NCBI RefSeq assembly: GCF_011386835.1
Contig: NC_088794.1
Coordinates: forward strand, 4,898,001-4,962,000
Source of the DNA: Chrysemys picta bellii
Taxonomy: Eukaryota
Direction: 5' to 3'
Length of the DNA stretch: 64,000 nt
The position numbers and the translations under genes were made by a program. This document shows, one piece after another, positions 1 through 11,258 of this stretch; the first letter of the stretch is position 1; each line of letters begins with the position of its first letter. Below the pieces are notes generated by a model. It saw only the letters and a program-made list of their open reading frames with translations. It had not been told where the DNA came from and did not search any database.

Positions 1-432
1 TTTCCTCACCACATGCTTTCAGCTGTGTTACTGACCAAACTACTTAGGTCAGCACCCCTCACCAAGTTCAAGGGCTGCTTCCTTTATTCCTTCAGATGCA
101 GTGAATCAGTGGGCAGAGGCAGAGATAGAGAGAGAGAGTGAGCGGTGCTTTCGGATGTTTGCCCCTTCTTTTTATAGTCCTATCTCCGCTTTGAGAAACA
201 TTTTCACCTGATACCAGGAGACACAAGCTCTATGTAGAAGGATGTTCTCTGCTGCTTTTTCCTCACCTTTTTGGTCTTCCTTTGTTTCCCTTCCTGCTTG
301 ATGACTCTGGTTACTCTTTAGATGGAAAATTAAGCAGTGCACACTTTTCGTTGTTTAAGACAGACCAGTTTGCCAGCCTCAGTTTGGAACATGTATTAAT
401 AACCTGATACAGTGTCATCTTATAACTTCACG
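1..432 (-). mobile_element. Solo LTR family 1, partial (cut by window start)
   Basis: Homologous to the complete TG...CA-bounded ~950 bp copies at 7547, 31255, 43993 and 54240. Minus-strand TATAAAA (rc of ttttatag near 170). Confidence 0.7.
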
Positions 433-434
433 CA

Positions 435-1234
435 CAGTAACTCCTCACTTAACATTGTAGTTATGTTCCTGAAAAATGCAACTTTAATTCTTATGAGGAA
501 ATTGAATTCGCTTAACACCTTTTTGCTTAATGTAAATGGGGGGGTTAGGTTCCAGGGAAATATTTTTTTGCCAGACAAAAGGCATTATATACATTTAAAA
601 AATTTTTAACAAGCAATTTAATACAGGTATAAATTTTTAAAGAAACAGTTTAATACGACAACCATCATTGCTGAGTTTGAAGCAATGGGGGGCCCCCGCC
701 GAACCCCACACAGGCACAGCTCAGTGGCACTGCAGACAATGAGGCAGGAAAGGAGGGTGAAGTTGCCATACGTAGGAGAAGCACATTGCATAGCAGGAGT
801 GGCAGCTTCCCCTACTGTGCAAGCCCCAGGGCCGGGGGCTCAACACTCGGCCTGCCCATTCCAGCCCTTCCCCCAACACCCCACCCTTAACCCGCCTCTT
901 CTCCCCCCCACCTCCTCCCCCTTTACTCCCCACGCCGTGTCCTTGCTCCTCCCCCTCCCTCCCCTGCCTCCTGAATGCCGCAAGCCATTTGATTGCTGTG
1001 GGCAGGAGTTGGGTGGAGCAGGGTGAAGGCGCTGATCTGTGGGGTCCACCGGCAGGAGGCACTGGCAGGGCGTATCGGAGCTGATAGAGGGGCTGCCAGC
1101 TGTGGATAAAGCAGGCAGCCAAACGACGTTATAGCGGAGCATTGCACAACTTTAAACGAGCAGATTCTGAAATGGAGCAGGAAAGTAAGTTCGAAACAAT
1201 GTTAAGCGAGAGGATGTTAAGTGGAGAGTTACTG
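435..1234. mobile_element. Non-autonomous Tc1/mariner-superfamily (Tigger/pogo-like) MITE
   Basis: Terminal inverted repeats CAGTAACTCCTCACTTAAC ... GTTAAGTGGAGAGTTACTG, followed by TA. No transposase ORF. An empty site with a single TA is visible at 8501. Confidence 0.8.
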
Positions 1235-2167
1235 TACATTATCAAATATATTGTATTAATATTTGCAATGAGAGCATGACTATTTCTAGTTGACTCATAG
1301 CTTTATTTAGCATCTTAAAGCTGAGCTCTGTGTGCAGATAATATGCATGCAAAAGGGATAGTTTTGTGAACATAGCATGCTGTGTTCTGCTCCTGAGCTC
1401 CTCTGGTCATCATGTGGTCTCCATCAAGCACAATGAGTAAATCTATCCTTCCTACTTTGGGAAGTGACCTAAGAAGGGAAGGACATAGCATACCATGGTG
1501 ATTGGCATGCTATAAATAGCTAGATAATCTGGAGTACTCTTACATGTCATACAGGTTTTACATTCCAAGTATTGGGGACAGGACAATGAAGTGATTCTGA
1601 AACCAGGAATGACTGAGAAGATATCAGCTACAGCTGCAAACAATTAGTACGTTTCACCTGTATCTAACTTTCTGTTCCTTTGATTCCAAATTTGTTGATA
1701 TGGCTGGTTGAAAATTTTTCTTGAGAAGTTTTTTTTATGGGACATTGGATTTTCAATTCAACTATTTTTTCCATAAAATTATGTTTCCCTGAAAATTATC
1801 AGCTTTCAATCAAAATACCAAACTCCCCTCCTCCCTAAACCATGGCTGTGGGTCTCTGGTGATGTTCCAGGGCAGATCAGCAAGAGGAGAGACCGTCATG
1901 CATCATGGGGGATATAGTTCAGCCTGGGAGCCTCTCCCATGGTGGTGTGTGGTATGTGATGCAACCCCGTGGTATTTTGAAGCAGAAATATTATGTTTTT
2001 AGCACAAAGATTTGGGTCACCACAAACAAAACCGCCTTTGTGGATCAGCTCTACACAGTACCCGGCTTGCACTGAAAACAGCAGGATGAAATATACCCTT
2101 AACCTCATACTCTGTAGCTCTGGTAAAAATTGCATCATGTAATAACACAGTAGAAAAGAGTGGGCCA

Positions 2168-2386
2168 AATTAAACCCCAGGGAATGAATTACACCGAGGG
2201 TGGCTTTGGTTCACTGAATGCCTTAATTAGGTGTTATGGCTCTCGGAGCTCAGGTATTCCCAGTTGCTTCAGGAATCATGTCCCATAATTCACACATCTC
2301 AGTATAAAACTTCCCGAATGCTCCAAATTGGCAGTTTCTGTCGATGGGGAAATGTCACCACATCTCTCTCTTCTCAGCAGGTACGT
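2168..2386 (+). promoter_or_regulatory. Candidate OR promoter and non-coding exon 1 (copy 1)
   Basis: CCCCAGGGAA (O/E-like) 2175-2184, TAATTA 2224-2229, TATAAAA 2303-2309, CAGTTT with A at 2333, donor CAG|GTACGT at 2381. Conserved upstream of all six ORs. Confidence 0.55.
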
Positions 2387-3061
2387 GCGATTCCCCAACA
2401 TCACTTCCACACACACACACAGACACCATGGTGACCAGCAGGTATTAAATTCAAGACCTCCAGCACTAAAAGCCTCAGTCCCAAATCCTACCCCTTCATC
2501 TAACGGAGCGACCTCCTGGGTTGGAAAAAATAGGCAATTACATAGTCACCGAAGCCAGTGCTTTCCACTATGTCTCTGAGTTTTCATACAGGCTAAAGTA
2601 AATGCCAGAAAGCTTAATTAGCACAGTAAGCAAGTTTTCCCCTAAACCGACCTGCCAAGCCACAGAGCTCCCCTTGCCCAAAGAGGGTAGAACGATTGAC
2701 ACTCCTTTACTCTCACCCCTTCTTTAGCTAAGGAATAATCTCTTCAGACTGATTCTCTTACAGGAGAGTCACAAGTCACTGTTTTCTGTTTAGATTAGAG
2801 AACAGGAGTGTTTGTGTGGGGGGCATGATTAACCTGAGTGTCATTGTATTTGCACAGCATGTGCATTTTATCGAACAGCTGGAATGACCAGTTGTGAACA
2901 TCTGGTTCTGTGGACTAAGGCCTTCCCTGAGTGGGTACTGATGTCCATTGAGAAACTTACCTCCATTTATCTTCACTTACTTCATTACAGAGAAGGGACA
3001 GGTTTTCCGCGCCATCCACCTGCCCACATCTCTGTAGCTGTCTCAGCTGTATTCAGAGAAG

Positions 3062-4000
3062 ATGGAAAAAGGAAATCGCTCGGAGGTGACTGAGTTCATT
3101 CTCTCAGGACTGACAGATCGTCCGGAGATGCAGGTGCCCCTGTTTGGGGTGTTCCTAGTGATTTATGGTATCACCCTGGTGGGGAATGGGGGGATGATCT
3201 TGTTAATCATGATTGACCCCCAACTCCACACCCCCATGTACTTTTTTCTCAGTAATTTGTCTTTCTGTGACCTCTGCTATTCCTCAATAGTTTCCCCTAA
3301 GATGCTGCTGAATTTCTTAGGCGAGAGGAAAAGCATTTCTTACACTGCCTGCGCTGTGCAACTGTATCTCTCTATTGCTTTTGGAGACATTGAGTGCCTG
3401 TTGCTGGCTGTGATGGCGTATGACCGTTATGTGGCCATCTGTAACCCACTGCTCTATACGGTCACCATGTCTAGGCAGCTTTGTAAAGTGCTGGTGGCTG
3501 GGGTGTACGCTGTGGGGTTTGTGGATTCAATGATACACACGTGTTTTATATTTCGGCTGTCATTCTGCAGCTCCAACATCATCAATCATTTCTTCTGTGA
3601 CATCCCCCCACTGCTGGCGCTCTCCTGTTCTGACACCAGCATCAATGAGATTCTGATATTTGTTTTTATGAGCTGCATAATAGTAAGCATCATTGTGACT
3701 GTCCTCCTCTCCTATGTCTATATCATCTCCACCATCCTACAGATCCACTCTGCCGAGGGGCGGCACAAAGCCTTCTCCACCTGCACTTTCCACTTGACCA
3801 CAGTGGTCCTTCTTTTTGGCACCCTCTTCTACATGTATTTTCGTCCCACCTCCAGTTATTCCATGGACACAGACAAAGTAGCCTCAGTGTTTTACATGGC
3901 GGTGATCCCCATGTTGAACCCCCTCATCTACAGCCTGAGGAACACGGAGGTGAAGGATGCCCTGAGGAGAGCAATGAATAAACTCCTAACCAATTCTTGA
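3062..4000 (+). CDS. Olfactory receptor, class II/group gamma, OR5-like, intact 312 aa (OR copy 1)
   Basis: Motifs [69 protein letters not shown]. Single exon. Confidence 0.97.
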   Translation: MEKGNRSEVTEFILSGLTDRPEMQVPLFGVFLVIYGITLVGNGGMILLIMIDPQLHTPMYFFLSNLSFCDLCYSSIVSPKMLLNFLGERKSISYTACAVQLYLSIAFGDIECLLLAVMAYDRYVAICNPLLYTVTMSRQLCKVLVAGVYAVGFVDSMIHTCFIFRLSFCSSNIINHFFCDIPPLLALSCSDTSINEILIFVFMSCIIVSIIVTVLLSYVYIISTILQIHSAEGRHKAFSTCTFHLTTVVLLFGTLFYMYFRPTSSYSMDTDKVASVFYMAVIPMLNPLIYSLRNTEVKDALRRAMNKLLTNS

Positions 4001-4406
4001 ATCTGTTTAACTCTTTATTCATTTCGTGATGGGGAGTGGAAACAGGTGAATTCAATTCCCAGCCCATTGCAATGTAATTTTGCAGAGCCCGTGGGAATAT
4101 TGTTCATTATTGTATTGTTATTATTTTTAATTTGTTTGTATTCCAACAAGGTCTTCAGGCCCCAACTGAGATCGGTGGACAAATCACGGGAAGAATCACA
4201 GGTCCAGAAAGAGAGATTGATTCTATAAGCTGTTGGCGAGGGGCACCCACCTGGAGGGTGAGATGCTCAACTTCACATCTCTGTTCCAATGGTTATTGAA
4301 TTAGTTATCCACAGTAGAAGAACTTTGAAAGGAGAGACTGAGAGCAACCCAGACTGGAATTGCACATCACTCAGGGGCTGGGATGCTTTCTGGAAATGCA
4401 GGAAAT

Positions 4407-4486
4407 CCCTCATCTACAGCCTGAGGAACGCGGAGGTGATGGATGGCCTGAGGAAAGCAATGAATAAACTCCTAACCAATTTTTGA
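4407..4486 (+). pseudogene. Olfactory receptor 3'-end relic ([25 protein letters not shown]) with its 3' flank to ~4650
   Basis: Only the last ~26 codons plus the duplicated downstream block remain, fused to the OR1 3' flank. Confidence 0.9.
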
Positions 4487-5589
4487 ATCTGTTTATCTTA
4501 ATAATTATTTAGTAATGGGGAGTGGAAACAGGTGAATTCAATTCCCAGCCCATTGCAATATAATTTTGCAGAGCCCATGGTAGTATTGTTCATTATTGTA
4601 TTGTTATTATTGTTTGTATTCCAAGAAGGCCTGCAGGCCCAAACTAAGATCGGGGCTTTATTACGGTATTACCCCAGCAATATTCCAGGATGCATCTGTT
4701 TCATATGTGTTAATATATGTGATGTGCTTCGAAAGCACAGAGCTATTTGTATTGGGAAAGAAGAGGGGGGTATCTAATCTATCTCCCTCTGCTTTGTAGT
4801 GGGTTTGGTTTTGTTTTGCAGTTGCAAGTATGAACTGTGTGACTTCTATGACTGAAGGAAAAGGGCGTTTTGCACACCCTCCTGATACTCTGCACCCCTT
4901 TATGTCCTTTGTGGGGTTGTTGTAGAGATTGTCGCCTGGTCTGTATCCATGCACGTGGAGGAGAAAGGTGATTTCCATCACAATGGCCTCTATTTTAACT
5001 TAAGGGACCAACAAAACAAATAAGAACAAGGGTAACATTTCCAAAAGAGAACATGGTGTGTGTGCATCCTCTGTGAGAATCTGCACTGAATTGAATACAA
5101 CATAATATGGAGAGGGTGAGTTTTCTCTACCATATAAATTAAACAGAAAGAAAAAGTCATATCAGACACTAGATGTTTATAGCACATCAGCAAGTTTGCT
5201 ATGAGGTCTTACTCTTTATTCAGCTGGAAAGTATTATGGACTCTGAAGAATAGGGGTTATGGGAATTGTACAGCTCTGGTTACGGTGAGTAAGAAATGGA
5301 TAGAACTGGGCCAATAGCTAATTTTTGAGTTCATGGGTGGTTATAAAAATTGAAAAACAAATTCAGTTCAACCTGAATCAAATCTGAAAATTCCCTAAAT
5401 GTTTGGCAAACTGGAAAAGATTGACAAAAATTGCCTTTGTGGTCGAAGGAAATATTTAGCATGACCAGAAATAGAACATTTCCTTTCCTTCCTGGAAACT
5501 TTTCGATGTAAAAGCAAAGACAATGTAGGGCCAGACTGACAAAATGGATGGAAGAGGAAATAATGGCGCTGCTTCCCTTGTAGACTTTA

Positions 5590-6072
5590 TCCCAGTGATT
5601 AGATCACTCCCGTGGGATGTGGGAGATACAGGTCAATCTCCCCATTGTCTGATGGGAGAAGCCATTTGAAAGTGGGTCTCCCACATTGCCGGACAGTGCC
5701 CTGGCGACTGGGCTATGTTCTGTCCTGCATCGTTCTCAGGACTGGTCTATGCTACTGCTGTAAATTGATCTCAGTTATGCTACTTCAAGTTGACTAAGTT
5801 GGTCTGACTTACAGCGGTGTCCACACCGTGCTATGTCACCGGTAGAATTACGTAGCTGAAGTAGTGTAACATAGATCAGCCGACAGCATTAGTGTGGCCC
5901 AGCCCTGAGAAAGATCCATGATGGAACATAGTCTCTGAGAGAGGTGGAGTACAGACTTCTGCAGGTGAGCGGTCTCTCATCGACTTAACATGTCTTCCCC
6001 AGACCTGCTCAATCAACACCATTTAATCTATCGCAGTAGTCCCGATTTTGCCAGTAGCGTAGATATGGCCTC
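5590..6072. repeat. Cluster of decayed tRNA-derived SINE fragments and short Harbinger-like MITE fragments; paralogous copy at ~12370-12850
   Basis: tRNA-like pieces in both orientations and degenerate GGCTATGTCTACAC/GTGTAGACATAGCC-like ends. Confidence 0.4.
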
Positions 6073-7170
6073 ATTCTCTCCCATTGAAGCTGCTGCATTG
6101 TGGATAAAACACAGGAAGAATCACAGGGCCAGAAAGAGAGAATGACTCTATAGACTGGTAGTTCGGGGCACTGATATGCTCAACTTCATGTCTCTGTTCC
6201 AATGGTTATTTAATTTGTTATCCACCGTAGAACAACTTTGAAAGGAGAGACTGAGAGCAACTCAGACTGGAATAGCACATCACTAAGTGGCTGGGATGCT
6301 TTCTGAAAATACAGGAAACCCAAGTGCACATCTTTACCCAGCATTGGACAGAAGGGGGAATTGAACCTGGATCTCACACCTCACAGGAGAACACCCTAAG
6401 TATTGAGCTAAAAATGACACAGAGAGGGCACATCACCACCTCCTACTGGTGGCTGCTACGCGACCAGCACCTAAATCCTACTCCCCCACACACATTGTTT
6501 TGGGACAAGGTTATTAGGAGACTTTGTAACACATTTGTGAATAGTTTCAAGTCAACCCCAATGGCAATGTTTTTTACAATAAATTATTAATCCAGAAGAA
6601 ATTCACCCATTTCAAGATACTTATGTGTCCCAATGCTGGGAAATTACTTAAGGAGACATTTGGAGAGGTGACCAACAAATAAAGTGGTATACATTCACCT
6701 CAGTTTTGTATCATATTCAAAATACCTCACGGGAGAGACAGTGATACAAAGCAGCTAATGCTCTGCCCCTCTAAGTTCCATTTCCACAAGGAGAGACACG
6801 GTCACAACATTAATTGCATGTGCTGTGCACACCTCTTGTGCTGGGAGCAAAGATGTTCCAGGGATCAAATCTCAAAGTCATCCCAGGAAGCAGCTCCAGA
6901 GGTGTTAAGGATAACGTTGGTATGGTTAGAAAAGAGAGAAAGATTGAACTCTAAGTCTAATTTTAGGGTTCTGAGCAGGTACTGCTTCTGTCCTCAACTC
7001 ACTGTAAGTGAAGGGAGGAAAAACAAAGAGGTACCACCATGTCATGTGTGTGCATGTGATGGTGGGTACAGTGGAGCTGAATGTCAAGTGTAGGCAGGTT
7101 TGTGTCCCTTGCCCTACCCAGTATTCAGACAAGCATCCCCCCTCCTCCCAGTGCAGGGCTCCTTCTGAGA

Positions 7171-7435
7171 CCATAGATTAATAGGACTGGAGGGGACCTT
7201 GAGAGGTCATCTATTCCAGTCCTCTGTGCTCATGGCAGGACTAAGTATTACCTAGACCATCCCTGACGGGTGTTTGTCTAACCTGCTGTTAAAAATCTGC
7301 AACAGTGGAGATTCCACAACGTTCCTGGACGAGTTATTCCAGTGCTTAACCACCCTCACTCTTGGGATGTTTTTCCTCATGTCCAACCTAAAGCACCCTT
7401 GCTGCAATTGAAGTCCATCAGTTCTTGTCCTATCC
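7171..7435 (-). mobile_element. CR1 LINE 3' fragment
   Basis: Encodes the CR1 ORF2 C-terminus (KDRTRTDGLQLQQGCFRLDMRKN...RLDKHPSGMV) plus the 3' UTR/tail. A shorter paralogous remnant is at 14590-14640. Confidence 0.85.
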
Positions 7436-7546
7436 TTTCCCCCCCATCCCCGCCCCCATTGCTTTGCAGTTTTACTCCTAAACTCTGTTTGAAGGACTAT
7501 ACATTCTAGGAAATAAATAAAATTAACAAAAGAATTGGGAGGGAGC

Positions 7547-8500
7547 TGTAACATACCAGGGTCCAACCCAGACTAAGCAACAGCTGTGTCACCTGCAACC
7601 TTGCAATGCCTCGCTGAAGTGGCTTCCAACTGGGTCACTCACAAACAACCGTCTAGCAGGCAAATCACACCCTGAGCATGTGTGTGTAACTGCACCCTGG
7701 CCGGGAATAGTTGGGTTACACTCAGGCTCTCACCACCCTTGGTTATATTGCAGGGTGACTCCAACACACTCCCCAGTCTTCGATTTCCCTCCAGAAAGGT
7801 ACATCCTGTGCTGCCCAGTCCTCTCCTGGACAATACAAGTTACATTGTCCATTATTTATTTAATATCACTAATATGCATGCAACTTAGTTTGTCAGACAC
7901 TTCTATTTAAACACACTGAATTAGATAAAACAATAAAACAAAGTTTATTGACTACATAGATAGATTTTAAGTGAGTGCAAATAAGGAGGCATAGAAGTCA
8001 GACATGGTTACAAGAAAAATAAAGCTACAATGCAACTTGTGCCTAAGTTAACAAACGCTGTGAAATTCAAAGCAAACGTTTCCTCACCACATGCTTTCAT
8101 CAGTCTTACTGACCAAATTTCATAGGTCAGGACCCCTCGACAAGTCCAATGGCTGCTTCATTTATCCCTTCAGATTCAGTGAATCAATGGGCAGAGAGAG
8201 AGACAGAGAGCAGTGCCTTGGGATGTCTAGCCCCTCTTTTTAGAATCCTATCCCCCCTTTGAGAAAAATTTCCACCTGGTACTAGAAGACAAAATGTCTA
8301 TGTAGAAGGATGTTCCCTACTGCTTTTTTCTCAGCTTTTTGGGCTTCCTTTGTTTCCCTTCCTGCTTGATGGCTCTGGTTACTGTTTAGATACAAAATTA
8401 AGCAGAGCACACATTTCTTTGTTTAATACAGACCAGTTTGCCAGCCTCAGTTTGGAACATGTATTAATAAAATGATACAGTGTCATCTTATAACTTCACA
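7547..8500 (-). mobile_element. Solo LTR family 1, complete
   Basis: TGTAAC...TTCACA termini, 954 bp, minus-strand AATAAA (rc of tttatt near 7944). Confidence 0.75.
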
Positions 8501-9420
8501 TAAATTATCAAAAATATTTTATTAATATTTATGATGAGAGCATGACTATTTCTAGTTGACTCATAGCTTTATTTAGCATCTTAAAACTGAGCTCTATGTG
8601 CAGATAATAGGCATGCAAGAGGGATAGTTTTGTGAACTGCAGAAATCCGTAGCATGCTGTGGTCTCCTCCTGAGCTCCTCTGGTCATCATGTGGTCGCCA
8701 TCAAGCAAAATGAGTGAACCTATCCTTCCTACTCTGGGGAGTGACCTAGCAAGGGAAGGACATAAGATACCGTGGGTGATTGGCATGCTATAAATAGATA
8801 GATAATCTGGGATATTCTTACACGTTTTACAGGTTTTACATTCCACCTATTCGGGCCAGGACAATGAGGTGATTCTGAAACCAGGAATGACTGAGACGAT
8901 ATCAGCTACAGCTGCAAACAATTAGTACATTTCACCTGTATCTAACTTTCTGTTCCTTTGATTCCAAATTTGTTGCTAAGGCTGGTTGAAAATTTTTCTT
9001 GAGAAGTTTTTTTGATGGGAAATTACCTTTTCCATTCAGCTATTTTTTCCATGAAATTATCTTTTACCTGGAAATTATAACCTTTCCTTTCAAAATACCA
9101 AACTCCCCTCCTCTGGGACTCTGGTGATGTTCCAGGCACTTCAGCAAGAGGAGAGACCATCATGTGTCATGAGGGATGTTGTCCAGCCTGGGAGCCTGGA
9201 ACGTGGAAGAGATTGGTGCTGTGTGTGGTATCTGATGGACCCCCGTTGTATTTCCAAGCAAAAAGATTTTGGTCTCCACAAACAAACCCCCTTTGTGGAT
9301 CAGCTCTACACAGTACCCGGCTTGCACTGAAAACAGCAGGATGAAATATACCCCTAACCTCATACCCTGTAACTCTGGTAGAAATTGCATCATTTCATAA
9401 CATAGTAAGAAAGAGGAGGT

Positions 9421-9645
9421 CAAATTAGTCCCCAGGGCATGAATTACACCAAGGTGGTTTTGGTTCAGTGAATGTATTAATTAGGTGTCATGGTGCTCTG
9501 AGCTCAGCTATTCCCAGTTGCTTCAGGAATCATGTCCCATAGATCACACATCTCAGTATAAAACTTCCCGAATGCTCCAAACTGGCAGTTTCTAACGATG
9601 GGGAAACGCCAATACATCCCTCTCTCTCTTCTCAGCAGGTACGTG
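9421..9645 (+). promoter_or_regulatory. Candidate OR promoter and exon 1 (copy 2)
   Basis: TCCCCAGGGC 9429-9438, TAATTA 9478-9483, TATAAAA 9557-9563, initiator-like A at 9587, CAG|GTACGT donor. Confidence 0.55.
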
Positions 9646-10334
9646 CGATTCCCCAACATCACTTCCACACACACATGCAGACACCATGGTGATCAGCAGG
9701 TATTGAATTCAATATCTCCCGCACTAAAAGCCTCAGTCCCAATTCCTACCCCTTCAGCTAAAGGAGCGACCTCCTGGGTTGGAAAAAAATAGCCAATTAC
9801 CTAGTCACTGAAGCCAGTGCTTTCCACTATGTCTCTGGGTTTTCGTACAGGCTAAAGTAAATGCCAGAAAGCTTAATTAGCACAGTAAGCAAGTTTTCCC
9901 CGAAACCGACATGCCAAGCCACAGAGCTCCCCTTGCCCAAAGAGGGTAGAAAGATTGACACTCCTTTACTCTCACCCCTTCTTTAGCTAAGGAATCATCT
10001 CTTCAGACTGAGATGATTTTCACGCGATTCTCTTACAGCAGAGTCACAAGTCATTGCTTGCTGCTCAGATTAGTGCATAGGAGTGTTTGTCTGTAGGGCA
10101 TGATTAACCTGTGTGTCATTGTATTTATGTAGTGTGTACCTTATCGAACAACTGTAATGACCAGCTGTGAACATCTGGCTCTGTGGACTAAGCCCTTCCC
10201 AGAGCAGGTACTGATGTCCATTGAGAAACTGATCTCCATTTATCTTCACTTATTTCATTACAGAGAAGGGACAGGTTTTCCGCACCATCCACCTGACCAC
10301 GTCTGTGTAGCTGCCTGATCTCTGTTCAGAGGAG

Positions 10335-11258
10335 ATGGAAAAGGGAAATCACTCGGAGGTGACTGAGTTCATTCTCTTAGGATTGACAGATCGTCCGGAG
10401 CTGCAGGTTCCCCTGTTTATGGTGTTCCTACTGATTTATGGTATCACCATGGTGGGGAATGGGGGGATGATCTTGTTAATCACGATTGATCCCCAACTCC
10501 ACACCCCCATGTACTTTTTCCTCAGTAATTTGTCTTTCTGTGACCTCTGCTTTTCCTCGTTAATTTGCCCCAACATGCTGCTGAATTTCTTAGCTGAAAG
10601 GAAAAGCATTTCTTACACTGCCTGCACTGTGCAAATGTGTCTCTCTATCGTTTTTTCAGATTTTGAGTGCCTCTTACTGGCTGTGATGGCGTATGACCGT
10701 TATGTGGCCATCTGCAACCCACTGCTCTATACGGTCACTATGTCCAGGCAGTTTTGTAAACAACTGGTGACTGGGGCATACGCTGTTGGGTTGGTTGATT
10801 CAATGATTCAGTGTTTTATATTTCGGCTGTCATTCTGCAGCTCCAACATCATCAATCATTTCTTCTGTGACGTCCCCCCCCTGTTGGCACTCTCCTGTTC
10901 TGACACCCGCAACAACGAGATTGTGATGTTTGCTTTTGGGTGCTGCATTATAGCAATCAGTTTTGTGACTGTCCTCCTCTCCTATGTCTATATCATCTCC
11001 ACCATCCTGCAGATCCGCTCCGCCGAGGGCCGTCACAAAGCCTTCTCCACCTGCACCTTCCACTTGAATGCAGTGGTCCTGTTTTATGGCACACAACTCT
11101 TCATGTATTTACGTCCCCCCTCCAGCTATTCCATGGACACAGATAAAGTGGTCTCAGTGTTTTATACGCTGGTGATTCCCGTGTTGAACCCCCTCATCTA
11201 CAGCCTGAGGAACACGGAGGTGAAGGACGCCCTGAGGAGAGCAATGAATAAACGCTAA
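10335..11258 (+). CDS. Olfactory receptor OR5-like, 307 aa (OR copy 2); one-codon deletion in TM4 and stop 4 codons early
   Basis: All OR motifs present. The 3' end reads cgc TAA acc aat tct tga versus ctc cta acc aat tct tga in paralogues. Confidence 0.93.
   Translation: MEKGNHSEVTEFILLGLTDRPELQVPLFMVFLLIYGITMVGNGGMILLITIDPQLHTPMYFFLSNLSFCDLCFSSLICPNMLLNFLAERKSISYTACTVQMCLSIVFSDFECLLLAVMAYDRYVAICNPLLYTVTMSRQFCKQLVTGAYAVGLVDSMIQCFIFRLSFCSSNIINHFFCDVPPLLALSCSDTRNNEIVMFAFGCCIIAISFVTVLLSYVYIISTILQIRSAEGRHKAFSTCTFHLNAVVLFYGTQLFMYLRPPSSYSMDTDKVVSVFYTLVIPVLNPLIYSLRNTEVKDALRRAMNKR

Noticed and set aside
685-1147. Several overlapping Pro/Gly-rich ORFs (also at 32382-33064, 45152-45784, 55437-56000)
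   Set aside because: They are the GC-rich interior of the MITE, and frames are not conserved between copies.
3975-3982. AATAAA near the end of each OR CDS
   Set aside because: It encodes Asn-Lys within the ORF, so there is no basis for calling it a polyadenylation signal.
10830-11146. Antisense and shifted-frame ORFs inside OR genes (also 26020, 40227, 47848-48376, 58495)
   Set aside because: Shadows of the OR coding sequence.
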